In this document: in pieces, positions 11,701 through 25,314 of the stretch
Layout: every line of letters begins with the position of its first letter
Numbering within the stretch: the stretch's first letter is position 1
Assembly: GCA_002633005.1 (NCBI GenBank)
Contig: NMRA01000466.1
Location: forward strand, 162,633-226,632
Source: Phoronis australis
Lineage: Eukaryota; Animalia; Phoronida
Direction: 5' to 3'
Length of the DNA stretch: 64,000 bases
Translations under genes and position numbers: made by a program
The notes under the pieces: model-generated
Databases searched by the model: none
Seen by the model: the letters and a program-made list of their open reading frames with translations, nothing else
What the model was told of the DNA's origin: nothing

Positions 11701-14700
11701 ACGTTTAGACCCCGTTAAAAAGGAGCCGTTTTTCAACGTTGAAAAGCGACTCCGTTGAAAAAAGAGGGATCAATGCTGTTTGCTACACCGGCAGCCGTCG
11801 GCGTCAAAACACCAATCGCCTGTACTGATGTGATAAAAAATCTCTCGATCATGATGGGATCGGAAAAGAACTCAATCGGCGGTATCCGCGGAGCACCGGC
11901 CGGTTTAAGACAAAAGCATAAGGTATAATGTACCAGGTGGTATCACTGGTATAGGTTTGCTGCTTGTTTGAAGTGGTAACCAAAGCACACACATATCACA
12001 AGAGAACACTGTGATAACAATCTTTAGTAGAGAGCACAATAGTTGTATCCACTAATACTGGACGACACTTCAAAGAGACATTGTCGATGTTACGGCCAAA
12101 ATGCAGTTTTTGGGAATATTGTAAAATGCGATGGACTTCTTGAAGTTATCGACTTTGTCAGAATTATAAAACAACAAAATCCGTTGGGCTTTTGTGATTT
12201 AATCACAAATCGTCAATTCTCGCCGTTTTCTGCCGGACACTTGCTGAAATCAAGGCCGCTCGCTGTCTTTACCATTTAAATACGGATGGGCCAAATGCCT
12301 CTTAGACATTTAATTATACATAAAATTTTATACACCATATTTATTTGTTTTATTCTACACAGCAACTAATGAATTACGACGCATTTTATAACTTCCGTTT
12401 TATCTCCCCCGTCGGAAACGCTCTTCTTGACTAATTCGCGTCGACTAGTATATTGAGATCATCGTTATTTGGCGGCACTTTTTCACACTAAAGACAGCCT
12501 GAACATATGGATGAAGGTTGAGATTGAGGAAAAATCCAGTTTGAGACAGATAAAAATTGAGGACTTTGCTCAAGGCAAGAGCTTGTACCAAAATTTAGAA
12601 ACAGACTATACTGACCCAAATTCAAGCATCACGAGTTAGACGGTAAATCAACTAAATCCGACACCCTTGCGTATTTCAAATATGAGCATATGATTTTGGC
12701 TAGATATTTCTCACCCCGAGACAGCTAAGTGAACTCTACCCGGGAAAATGTCTGCAGTGCTTGAACTGTATTAACAAAGATGAACGGAGGAAACTTGGCA
12801 GTAGTAGACGTGGCAGATGCTGTCGTGAACAAGCTGCATGTGAAGCGTGCACCGTTCTTGCCGGAGCTCGAACGCTGGTGAAACGCAGAAATCCAATCAC
12901 GAAAGGTGTCGAACTTAAACTTATTGCGAGGTAGACGCAGTACTAGTCAGAAGGATTATACGAAGAGTACCACTATCCGCACAGTACAGATTTAGACACT
13001 TGAGGCAGACCCTCCCACTTTGAACTGTAATTGCAGAAGTTTTGTCAGTTTTTAGTCAAATTCAAACACTTCATTCGAAAGGTCTAGCGTTCCTCAACTA
13101 CCCAGCGTCCGACATGTTTGACCTAAACTTGATTTTTAATAGTTAAGAGTGGAAATAGAAGGTGCTAACATAAAAACGGCTATTTTGGGGTCCTCTGTCT
13201 TTTCGGTTACTGAGAAGACGCTTCCACTAATTTTCAATTGAAAAAAGAACTAAAACAATACCATAGACTGCATTTCAATGACAACATGCAATTTTTTATT
13301 CATAAAACATTTTTCGTTTCTCCTAATGTCTCAATCATAAAAGGCCCATAAGTGTTTAGGTAAGGGTACTTGGCTTGTAATGATCACGAACAATGTCGAA
13401 TATCGAGTCGCGAAATGGAGTCAACTTACGGTTTGATTATCGATGCTATTTTTCACTGAAGATGTCGCTGGTTCTTGTTGTTGAAACATCCAGGCACATT
13501 AGGGTGGCACTGAATAGTTAGGCTGCGGCCGCGGCCAATTTTCACTGCCAAAATATAGAAATTTTGGGGTAGGCCAAGTTTGGGGGCATTTTGTAGGTGG
13601 GCATTGCACGTAGGCTCAGTGAATGTGGTTTGTTTGTATTTGTGAACATGCTGTGACTAAAAAAAGACCACTTTCTTGGCTGTAGCTGCACTCTTCTTCA
13701 AGATGGCGGCCCCCGGTTGCAAGTGTGCATTGCTGGGTAGCGACTGAGAAATTGGCCGCGATTTCAGGTAGCCCTCAAACAAGCCAGATTTGCAAAAATA
13801 CTAGTTGGTTGACAATGTTTTTGGACCACATTTTCGGAATTTGTAGGAAATTTGCTTTCAGAATCTATTGTTGGTTTTAGTTGTGCATCGGCAGGGAAGT
13901 GGTGATTTTAGGGTGAAAAGTGCCGATTTTGCATTTTTTGCCCTTATTTTTCTTAGTTCAGCATGGTTTCCACTGGGAGTGAAAGGGTCAAAAATACAAG
14001 AGAGTACAAAGTTTCTGTGCTCATCTGTAGGGCTTGTGATGTGAAATGACTCAAAACTTTTCTTTATTTGCATGCAGTTTTTAACAGAGTGAAGAAAGGG
14101 TGAAGAGTCCATTGACGTGTGTTCTGATAGGCAAATCCCTATGAGAACTGTTTAGACAATATTAGTACTGCCACTAGAGGGCTCACTATGCCCCCCTATA
14201 GGCGGCGCTGGCTGCTCTCAATATGGCAGCCTCCAGCCCACAGTCACTGTGAACACTTCTACAGGTACATTAGCTTTAGATTCATGTATACTGTTAGTTT
14301 AGGCACACACTTCAGTTAGCCATTAGTTTATTACAGTCTGTAGCTAGCGTAGATCTACTCATAAGTCACGGATGTTTTATTTGTTTTGTAGATCGCCATC
14401 ATTCTTTGTCATATTGTCTGGCTGTGCAATAAAGACTGATGATATAAGAAATAACCCGTGTTTATTTACTGTTCAGTGCCTCCTTACTATGTTAGCAAGC
14501 CACCATGAACATAGAGGACAGCGCCAGGTGGCTCCACCCTTCGGTCACCTTCGGGTGGGGGTACATATATCAGTATAATGACCCCACTTTTGAGACCAGA
14601 AATTCAATTTCTTGCCTTTGTCATTTTAGTAAGAACAAATTATTGTAAGTCGATCATAAGCTGGATGGAATCTTCTCACTGTAAGCGATCTTATGAGACT

Positions 14701-15058
14701 GTTTTCAAGACAGTAACGTGGTAAATTCCATCCGTTTTTACAAGCTAAACAGGGCCATAATCGACATTTTCAAAAGCGTATAAAACATACGATTTAGGCA
14801 GAGCCCATGCAAGTTTATTTCCGAAGACGTATAACTTAGGTGCTGTCCCAGACGTATTTTTTACAGGAAATAGACACTGTTCCAACGATCAATGCCAAAA
14901 TGTTTGACTTGTACTTACGTAGTGCATAATACTCGCTGGCAAAAGTCCTCCTGCAGCGCTATACGCCCAAGGCAGCTCCAGTATTCCTGTCCCAACACTG
15001 GTGTTAATGATCAGGAAACTTGCCACAAACCAACTAATTCCACTCTTGTTAGGGTCTC
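5786..15058 (-). CDS. SLC38A7-like: Sodium-coupled neutral amino acid transporter, SLC38A7/A8-like, paralog A (7 exons resolved; first coding exon not found)
   Basis: Exons 15058-14919, 11308-11110, 10594-10459, 9533-9371, 7170-6911, 6325-6126, 5931-5786 (TGA 5786-5788). All junctions are GT-AG with consistent phases and an open frame of ~414 codons. Aa_trans motifs: ISWFVASFLIINTSVGTGILELPWAY..AGG, SYQDVM, GDHLE, YPLCILREV, FGYK|CHY, GYLTFGSAV..EILDSYP, CIFPGL. The exon-3 acceptor (10594) was chosen by conservation with copy C. Orthology within SLC38 is inferred from motifs only. Confidence 0.88.
8693..8820. repeat. Degenerate ~20-bp tandem repeat (TTGGAATGGTCTCATTGAGC-like) in an intron of paralog A
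   Basis: About 6 imperfect units visible. Confidence 0.7.
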
Positions 15059-16811
15059 CTGAGAACACCAAAGATTTTATTTTTAAAATCTATTCTGTCA
15101 ATGTAAAATGGTTAGAAGCTGGTGTTGTTAGACTATAAGATTTTAGAAATAACGTGACCACATCGCCACCTGATACCGGCTTTAGGAAGAAATCAAATTA
15201 CTTCGTCTTTAGACATTGCCTAAAAGAACAGAACACGAAAAACTCCATGGAATTATTAAATTGAAGCCGATTTGTGGAATCTGTACACCATACTTTATTG
15301 CATTCGAGGCCAGAGGTCCAAACTATAATAACAAACATATACGCAAGCACAGTAAAATTACGAACATCGAGTTAAACAAATTTTCTCTACACTGTGACTA
15401 AATATACACACTTAACAATGTTTTCATCAGGAGTCTTCATGATCTTGTTGAAGTACAAGAGAGGGTTCTGATTATCAAAATTTACATTCATATTGGCTTG
15501 GTCGTAACCTAACACGTTTGTTTAGCGTACGAGCAACAAGTATGACAAGAGACCAACATGACTGTTTTTAAAATTGAAAAGTAAATATTAGCCGTCCTTG
15601 AAATTTTAAAATTGAAGCCTTATAAGGGAAATAAGCGAATAGATTTTCTTCATTATCACGGTTGAGCAATGAACGAGCATTAAGGATATCTCAAACCTTA
15701 TTCACAAAATTGCCTATTTTTACCATATTTCACTTAATTATGTCTAGGAAATAACCTCAACTACAAATAGGAAATATATACCGTGTAGCGTGAAAAAAGA
15801 TTTGACACAACTACCTTGGAACCGCACAACCGCGTGGAAATTTGTTTACTACTTATCCGAGGTCAAAGGTTACGGGGCTGTCAGTCAAATCGAATGTCTC
15901 GCCAGGCACAGAGCAGCTCCGTATGTACCCTCAGTCCTTTTATTCACCGAGTCGCCATAGTATAGCGTGAACGACGTGTACACATGATAGAAAGACTATG
16001 GAGAAAACCAAGTCAAAACGTAGCTTTCATATTGAGAGAGTTGTGTGTTTACATGCATACGACTGTTGAGAACGAATGCTACGAGTCTGTGACTTTGTGT
16101 TCGTGAAGTTGAGAAAAGAGACAAATCCTCGCCAAAATTCCATAATTCGGATAATATGACATTTGGCTGTTTCGATCTCATGCTCATGACGTGCTTTAAA
16201 GAGTTACCAGCATGACCCTATGTCTCAAAAAGAATGTTATTAAAGAGATTTAATAGTCTTTCATATACATAACATGTATACCTATCACTAAAGAACAAGC
16301 CAAACTTTTTAAAAATATTTTTCTGTTATCGGGGTTGTACGTAGTTGTACCATCTCCGTCGCTATAGTTTTTACCAGTGCAGTACTTAGGAGTTGCGAGG
16401 AAAGTCCGCGGAGAGCCGCCTTTTTCAGACATGAAAAGGTGCGTTTGCGGAGGCTGTAGTAACTGCAGCTTGACTGAGAACGTCTTTGTGTCCCTACATA
16501 CGTGTCACAGAAATGGCATCGGTTTGTGTGCCGTACGAGAATGTGAAATGTCAGTGTGGAACATGCGATTCAGTCGGAAGTCACATTTTGTTCGGCACAC
16601 TTCAAGAAATCGTGTTTCGACCTAACACAAGGGCGACGTTACGATGAAGGGCTCACCACCTTGTGAGTGTATTGCAAATGTTTGCATCATAATTGTCAAG
16701 TTATCGCTCAAAATCATTCTCGTCTTCTGATCAGCTGTGTCTCGCCATTTCAGTTGATTTTCAAGTGACCAAACGTCTGTCCAGCCATAACATCACTTAG
16801 CGGGAAGTAAC

Positions 16812-19330
16812 TATTTTTTATACATTAATTGGCAATGAGAAAAACATTACAATACCACAAAAAGACAAAGAGCACCACAGACACGCACACACACACGCGC
16901 ATACCCCATAACTAATCCTCTTGACTGCTAAGAAAAACCGTTTCAAAGTTACACCATCCTTTTTGTATGAATTCTAAATTCAAATCCTTACGAGCATTAT
17001 ACTTTTCACTCATATAATATTCTTTGATGAAGTTAAAAAATCTACTTAGAAGTAATCTTTTTGATCCAAATTTTTGGGTATAAATAAACTGTTTACCCAA
17101 TAATAAAACAATTTTTTTAAAATTTTCTTTTTTATCAAAAACCCCAACACACTGGGGATTTGCTTTGTTTAGAATTTCGTCATTAACTCTTGTCCAAAAT
17201 GAATTTACTGTTTCACATTCCCAAAATAAATGTTTCAAAGTCTCTTTCAATTGTCCACAAAAGGAACAAAACTCGTCATCCGTAACTTGAATTTTAGTAG
17301 TCAAAATTCTCGTCAAGAGTCTGAACTGAAGCCACCTAATTTTTGGGTCCCTTGTTGTTTTATATAGAAGGGAATAAACATCTTCCCATGAAAAATTAGT
17401 TCGTTGACCCATTTTGACTCCGCTTTTGAGACTTCGGAACTATGATTTAATTGTGTACAGATATGTTGACACCCTCTCCCACCACTTTTCAGTTTCATTA
17501 AAATCGTTGGCATAACAGGACAATACGCATCAAAACTAACAACTCTATCAATACCACATTTCTGTTGGTACTTAAATATCCCTGAAATTAGACCATTATA
17601 CTCCATAAAGTTCGTTTTGATACTTAAAATATCCACAATAAATCTATAGTTCAAAATATTACCGTCTGGGAAAAACAAGTCCTTAATAAAGACTATGCCT
17701 TTATTGCACCAGTTCCTGTAGAAAATACTTTTTCCTCCTGCCTGCAGATCACTGCTAAACCATAAAGGTTGGTTAAGAAAATTTATCTGATTTTTGATCT
17801 TCAAACAATTTTCAAAGGAGATTACACATTCAAAAAAATCTTTCCAGATGTGATTGTCAGTATTAGGCAACTTTATCTTGAGAAAGTCAACACCTTACTA
17901 AGCGAAATTTCTAAATTCAGGAAAAATCAAATGAAACAAGCCTGCAGTCTTAGACTGACCGTTTACAAATTTTGTTAAATGTTAATCTTTAAAACTTTAC
18001 AGAATGAAAATATGTTAATCATTCTGACACCTCCTTCATAATAATTACAAACAGCTCGGGAGCGCTTAATTTTGTCATTGCGACCTTGCACGAGGAATTT
18101 AAAAAACATTGAGTTCAGTTTTTCTAGAATACATTTCGAAGGTTGTGGCAAGAATATCAGAAGATGTACAATTTTTGAAACCGCTAGTGCCTTGATTACT
18201 GTAATCCTCCCGAAAGGCGTCAAAATTCCTTTAGACCAATTTTTCAAAATTAATTCAATATCTTTCAATTTCGCAAAGCAATTCTGATCTGCCCTATCGT
18301 GTAAGCTGAGTTGGAAATTAATCCCCAAGAACATGGAATTTGTTTTTGTCCATGATAACTGTTCCCTGACAGGAATTTTTTCAGCACTGTTCTCCATGCT
18401 GCCAAACCAAAGGACTTTTGTTTTTTCTATATTAACCCTGAGGCCGGAGAAATGAGCAAACAGATTTAGAACATTTAAAGTAGACCGTAAAGCCATCTAA
18501 AATAATACAGGTGTTATCAGCATATTCAGTTAGTAAGTATTTACGATCCATAATTTTGATTCCATTTGTATTTTTTTGTGTCTGATCATGAGAGCCAAAA
18601 TTTCCGCTCAAATAATAAATAGATGAAGGAGATTATGGGTCACCTTGTCTGACTCCTCTCTGAATATTAAACCAACGGGAAGGTTGGCCATTAACAATAA
18701 CACATGATTTGATATTTTTATAGAAAACTTTGACCCATCTCTTAATTGACCACCCAAAATTAAAAAAGATAAAGCTTTTTCAATAAAACTCCAAGACAAA
18801 GAGTCAAAGGGTTTTTCAAAATCTATAAGAAGTAGTAGCCCAGGTATTTGGATCTTCTGGGTGTAATAGAACAGATCGTATAGCACACGAATGTTATCAG
18901 CCAAACTCCGTCCCGGGATGTAGCCACTCTGATTCTTATGAATAATTTTCCCTAGCACAGACTTAACGCGTCCCGCAATTGTTGCAGACGCGATTTTGTA
19001 GTTTACGTTTAGAAGAGAAATAGGACGCCAGTTTTTTAGAAAATGTTTACTTTTGTCTGCACTTTTGGGAATACAGGTAATAATACCCTCTTTCTGAGTG
19101 GATGACAGTTGACCCACAGCAAAGCTGGTATTAATAGATCGAGTACAAAAATACCTATATCATCCCAAAAGAATTAAAAAATATTCAATGGTAAACCCAT
19201 CAGAGCCAGGGACTCTTATTGTTTTTCATTTTTTTCAAACATTTGGTGATTTCCTCATAGGTTAAAAGACCTTCGAGTTTGTTTTTTTCATTTTCATCGA
19301 GCCTAGGACATGATAACTTAGGCGATTTCT
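16812..19330 (-). mobile_element. 5'-truncated, frameshifted L1/Tx1-like LINE (ORF2 RT + zf-RVT C-terminus)
   Basis: ORFs 18608-19117 (GIITCIPK..LKNWRPISLLNVNYKIAS, NQSGYIPGR, LLLIDFEKPFDSLSW), 17975-18496 (SGLRVNIEKT, LTPFGRITVIKALA), 17313-17870 and 16912-17412 (CSFC..ETLKHLFWEC). TG-rich 3' UTR and short A tail near 16812. Confidence 0.9.
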
Positions 19331-20102
19331 TAGTAACTATTTTTTCTTCAAAATTAAAAAATCACGACTATTTGGCATAAAAATTGCTTATTTAGTTAGA
19401 TTTCATGGTATTCATTTCAGATTAGCTAACCGTATCCTCAAAAAAAAAACTAAGAAAATTCATGGTGGGAACTCTTTAATCACCGACCCCATTTCTGTAC
19501 CCATTTCGTTCTTGGTTTTCATATCAGTCTCCCAGCGCGAGGTGTGTCTTACAATGAACCGTGGCCCACAAAGCACCACCTTGACGAATACGACTTTAGT
19601 TTTTTTACAAAAATACCTTACATTTTGCTAGTTGATTTTTCAAACGAAAAACGACAATCAAAAATTTCTAACAGCATTTTTTGAGGTAACTAGTGACGTT
19701 TTTATGTAAAAGGGTTTCATTAAAATTGACCGAGGGGTTATTTTGCTATGAATGTACCTCTCTTAATCGTACAATTTGACTTAAAAAGGAGTTAACGTAA
19801 TAATGATAATCAGAGATAAAGTTAAACATATTTTTACATTTCCAGATCTTTTGAGATACCAGTTAGAATGGAGGCCACTAAATAAGGTTTGCGATAAAAT
19901 TAATTTGAGAATAGATAATTTCGGGTTAGTGTCTGGCTTATGCTAGCTTAGGCGTTGGGATAACAAACCCCATATGTTAGAGTAAGATTTGTCTTACGAG
20001 GTTTATGGAAGCATGTGACTAGAACAAAGTTACTTCTGTTGCATGCACAAAAAATATGGAGGTGTAAGGTGCTTGTTTCAGTGATAAAGCCACTGTTACC
20101 AC

Positions 20103-22810
20103 TTTTTATTTGTATAAAGAACATAAATACAAAGATATGAAAGACAAAAAATGCCGGCCATTCTCATTCTTAACACACACACACACNGCATACACACGCA
20201 CACCCGCCCCCCTCAGCATACCCACCCACTTTTAGTAGGATGTTGCCAAGAATAAGTTATGGTTAACCAGTTTCTCCAGGTTGCATGGTATTCATCTAAA
20301 TTACCATTATTTAATAAAATTCTTCTTTGAATATAGAATTCTCTATCTAATGTCTTAAGAAAATGACAGAAATTGGGATTATCTTTTACACTTAGATACG
20401 CAAATAAAATATTTTAACTTCAAACGAATCCAATGGTTACTTATGGGTAGGCCAAAAATCATTGTTTTCGTCAATGTTTAAACTGAAACTTTTTACCGAC
20501 AACACCCAACTGCGCAATTCTTCTATCAATATTTTTATATTATTGCATTCGTAAAGAATGTGATGTACTGTTTCAGTTTGTGACTGGCAGAAAGTACATA
20601 CATCAGAGTCCACCAAGTTAACTTTTTTAAGAAAATAGTTCGTTACAAGTATTCTATGTAACAGTTTAAACTGTGGTGTACATAACTTGAAATCGTAGTT
20701 TTAAAAAACAATGGTTATAATTTTTCCAGTCATCACTTCCAAAGTTATAACCTTGTTCTTGAAACCATTTTTGGGCAGTAGGCAAAATTTTGTTCTGGCA
20801 AACAATTTCATATACCATTTTAGATATTGGCATGCAGTTTAAAAAATTACGGATATTAAAAGGTATTATTGTTCCATATCTCTTAATTAACTGCATTTGT
20901 AATGGTGATCTTCTGAGAAACGACCCAGTAGACTCAGTTAGAGAACAATATTCCAAAAAGTGTGTAGGTATTTTCGAGATCTTTTTAAATTCAGTAAATG
21001 AGTAAAGCCTGTTATTTTCATCAAGTAGGTCATTGATAAAAAGAACACCACCACTAGCATACTTGCTAAAGAAGATTTTCTGTCTATTAGTATTTCATCA
21101 TTATGCCGTAGACTTGTTGAGAGTAAATCATTTGCATCTTTATGGGGCTGTTTACTTATGAAAAAAGACCAGTTACTTAGAACTTCTTTTCAAAAAGGAT
21201 TGGTTATTTCAGTATGATTTTTAATACAATCATTTCCAAAATTTATAATATTTGACTATGCAATCCCTGTTTCAAGTTCAAATAATTACACCCATTTTGA
21301 TTCAGAGATAAGTAGTCTTTTTATCCATGAAATTTTTATAGCCTTGTCAAAAAGAATTATATTCAACATTTCCACTCCCCTTCCTCATAAGTTTTAATTA
21401 ATACATCTCTCTTCACTGTCTCAATTTTGTTATTACAAGTAAACTTAAAAATGTTTGCGTTCAATTCATTCATAGTAATGTCTGATGGAGTGGGCAGGGT
21501 TGTCATTATGTGAATAATTTTTGGCACCATCAAGGTCTTTACCACTGTAACTTTCCCAAAAAAGATATTTTTCTTCTAAACCAAATTTTCATGAGATTAT
21601 TTATTTCATCAACCCTCTCACTGTAGTTGATGTCAATCATTTTTTCAATAACTTCCATCTTGCATGATGGAAAACATCTTTACATTTTTTTACTGCTCAT
21701 CCAAATAACATTTGTTTTGGAATAATATACTCTAAAACCACACATTTCTGCCTATTTACTCAAAATTTCCATAGTACCTTCCAAACTACGCCGTGAACCA
21801 TCTAAGAAAAACGTTGTTTCATCATCATACTGAGTAAGTATAAATTCATCATTTGCTATTTGAATGCCTTTAATTTCCCTGTCTTGTTTCGTCATCAGCA
21901 AATATTTCAGCAAATAAAATGAAAACAAATGGCGAAAGAGTATTACCTCGTGTACAGCCCCTGTGCAGAGTAAAACTTCTGGACAGAAAACGATTTGGAA
22001 CAGTCTATGACACCGGATAATTATAAAAAGTGTTAATGTAACGCTTAATTGAGGCCTTGTAATTAAAATTATCCAAAACGTTATTTATGAAGTTCCATTA
22101 CAAGCTATCAAAAGCTTTTTCAAAATCTGTTTGTAGTAATAGCCCCGGTATACCATTTTTTCATAGAAATTCATAATATCATAATATCTTATGTTTCATC
22201 CATACGTCTCCCTTTTATAAATCCCGTCTGAGCCGGGGAAATTATATATCCAAGTACCTTTTTCATTCGTCTAGCAATACATTCGGATGCCAACTTGTAA
22301 ACACTGTTGAGCAAAGTTATTGGTCACCAATTTTTTAAGAATTTTCAGCCTAATCTGGCTTTGGAATTAAAGTTACAGCCCCCGTTTTTTGCGTGTTCGA
22401 CATTTCAATTTTTTCATAGCTTTCGTTCATGTGTCTTAAAAACAAAATAGTCTAAATCTGTCCAGATAAACTTGAAACATTCATTTGTGAAACCATCTGA
22501 CCCGAGCTTTTTCATTTTTTGAACTTTTCAACACACACCAGAGGTCTTCATATGTTATGTGTGCCTCAAGCTCCATAGCAAAATTTTGGGGAAGCTTATA
22601 TAAAACAATAAGGTTCTCTATTTCACTTTTTTCATAACTGTTATCAGAATAAGGTTTTTCGTAAAAATTCGCAGTCACATCTACTGTTTTTCTTGATTTG
22701 TAATCATTTCTCTATTTTCCAATTCTATTTCATGCATAAGTTTGTTATAAAAATGTCTCGATTCTAAACTACAGCAATATTTTGTTGTGTGTTCCTCCTC
22801 ATCTATCCCA
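20103..22810 (-). mobile_element. Second, more decayed L1/Tx1-like LINE
   Basis: Fragments TANFYEKPYS..ITYEDL..LKSSKNEK (22481-22678), VKTLMVPKIIHIMTTLPTP..KRDVLIKTYEEG (21363-21545) and a C-terminal CTFC..ETVHHILYEC-like segment near 20540-20600. Minus-strand AATAAA/A-tail near 20103. Confidence 0.8.
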
Positions 22811-23749
22811 CTGTTACCACTTACGCGCGTCACAGTTTGCCCCGCTGTCCACCGTATTTCTTTTAACCGTTGAAGATGCAGAGGTTTTCATTTCCAAGTC
22901 CTGCATTTTAGAAGTTTGCGTTGGGTGATATTTGCAGAAAAGCTGGTCAGTGGAAGAGTGGTCAAGCTAATTCACGCCACGGTGGTGTTAGATAGGCATT
23001 CCCAGCACACGAACTTTACCATAGTAACATCGCTAGTGAATTCCATCTGTAAAAAACAGTATAAAATTAACTGCAAGTCTAGTCTTGTATTAGTTTAGTA
23101 GGCAGATGTGGGTACCCAGAAATTCTTGGTAGTATTATTTTTCCGTTGTTTCATGTCTAATTGCGGCTCTTGAAAAGAGTTTTTAGTTGGTTTGTAATCT
23201 CGACAACCTTTAGCACTTTTTAAATATGCAGTCTGCAAAAATCTGTTTTTGCTTACAACTTCCATACCTGGCATTGCTGGTAGATTAGTTTGATGTTTTC
23301 ACCCATAATTCTAGGGTCAGTGAATATAATAGAGCTATTTTGGAGGTGGTTACACCGATAATTTGCCTAAAGTATGCACTGTGGCAGCCGTTATTGAAAA
23401 TTCTACACGTGCCTATAATTCTGGTGTCAGACATTACAGGAAAATTGTGTTGTTATGTGCACCCATGTTTCTGTGATCATTTAATTCAAATGTGCACATT
23501 TTGGTGATAAATTAGTTACATGTTGCTGCATGAGAAATTAACCTAATTTATGCAAATAAGGGATGCCATTATTTAAAATTCTGTTTCTGCTCATAACTTC
23601 CTTACAGGGCACTACATTTGCCCCCATGTTGTTGTGGTTAATGAGTATACTGAAGTCAAGTTGCAGGTCATTACATCAAGACTTAACATAATTCATGTAA
23701 ACTCTGTTTTGATGATAGATGGATTTAGCAGCGACGCGTCGACTCTGCG

Positions 23750-24330
23750 GTGCATTATGAACGGAGTCACATCATTAAATGACCGTCGGAAACTCACCGA
23801 GGCTAAGGAGCAAGCTGAGCTCCTCAACCAAGAATTCCAAGCTGCCTTTAGCCCTAAGCTAACCTTCACCACTGACGAGTTTCATACTTGATGCCTCCAC
23901 GAGACTCTGGCGTACGATATCCTACTTGTCAAATCCCACCCATTTGTACATAAATGGTGTTGAGAAATTGAGGGATCTCCAGTAAGTCTATGGGTCTGAT
24001 AACATCCCCCCTCTCATTCTTAAAAGTAATGTAGTGGAACTGGCCCCAACTCCGACTCTCATATTTGTATCATCACTTAGGTCTGGCATTGACTGGAGAG
24101 ATGCAAACGTAACCCCTGTTATCAAGAAAGGTGCAAAATTCTTACCTGAAAATTACAGACCTATATCACCAACCAGTACAGTGCATAAAATGCTTGAACA
24201 CATAATTGTCCGCACGATTTTAGACCACTGTGATTCAAGTAACATCATAGGTTCGGAACAACATGGATTCTTTTAAAAAATGTTTAGTGAACCCAACTAC
24301 TGGGCTTCATCAACCAAGAAGAAGTACTTC
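23750..24330 (+). mobile_element. CR1/L2-clade LINE RT fragment
   Basis: KEQAELLNQEFQAAFS; ELAPTPTLIF..DWRDANVTPVIKKG..PENYRPISPTS..KMLEHII..QHGF, with stops and frameshifts. Confidence 0.8.
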
Positions 24331-25214
24331 GGTCCCATCGAAGTTATCGCCAGAGACCACTGTTATCGTCAACAATTAAAGGGCAGTGTCGTCGCTAACA
24401 GTTGCTTAAATTTCGATCCAATAATTACCAATCGAATTAAAAATACATTCATGGCAATTATCTCATGTGAACATTTCCAAATTCACATTAAAAATTTTAG
24501 CGTGCATGCGATGCAACCCCAGCGCTACCTTGCGATTACTTTGATGGCACCTACTGTTTACTTCTATGTCCGCTGACTAGCGAAGCCGGTATGAACGGTT
24601 CAGTTAACTTCGCAGTTTACGTCGACGGTCAGACCGGATTGAAATCAGTATGAAAGGGCCTTATGTCGCAGATGGGAAATAATGATTCTTGGTGGGTGGT
24701 CTTTCGCCACAGTTGCAGTGTAATTTGCTCGTTTCGCAGACTTTGAGAGGAGATTTTAAAATGTCCTCCAATTTTTTAAGATTGTGAGGGATTACAGAGC
24801 ATTATTTTGTAAACGTCGTTTTAGTATATGTTAATGGACCAAAACCCGGTTTGGTATCCTTTTAAATATTTGCTTGGACAATTTCCAAAGCCAAAAAGTT
24901 ATATGCAACCTTACATATTGAAAACATCATTTTCTGTTTTTATCAGTTTAGCAAGCATCTGTTTGTCGGAATAAAAAAAGACACCAGTACGGATGTCCGT
25001 GTTCGCTCATTCTGGCTGCCATGCTTCTTGTTAGTTACACTTAGCAACACAGAGCGCTGATTTGTACCCACTACTGCACCACAAACGGTGTACTTCAATG
25101 GGTGTTTTTATTTTCGTAAAAATGGCCATAACTTGGCGCAGAATACGTCAAACGCCTCCGAAATTGAGAAGAGATTGTCTCTTTATTACAAAACTATTTG
25201 TCAAATTGCCATTA

Positions 25215-25314
25215 GGGGCGCCAGAATAGTAAAACCCGTCCAAAAATCCACGTCAGTGAATTTCTACTATGGGGCGCCAAAACAGTAAAACCCATTAAAA
25301 AATCAACGTCAGTG
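25215..25314. repeat. Two-copy imperfect ~56-bp tandem duplication
   Basis: GGGGCGCCA.AA.AGTAAAACCC..AAAAATC.ACGTCAGTG at about 25215 and 25271. Confidence 0.7.

Noticed and set aside
14120-14520. Possible solo LTR (TGTTCT..AATAAA..AGGACA)
   Set aside because: No TSD and no second copy in the window.
15170-15179. 10-nt micro-exon that could bridge the candidate ATG exon to exon 15058
   Set aside because: Weak donor (GTGGCG), and the segment is absent from paralog C.
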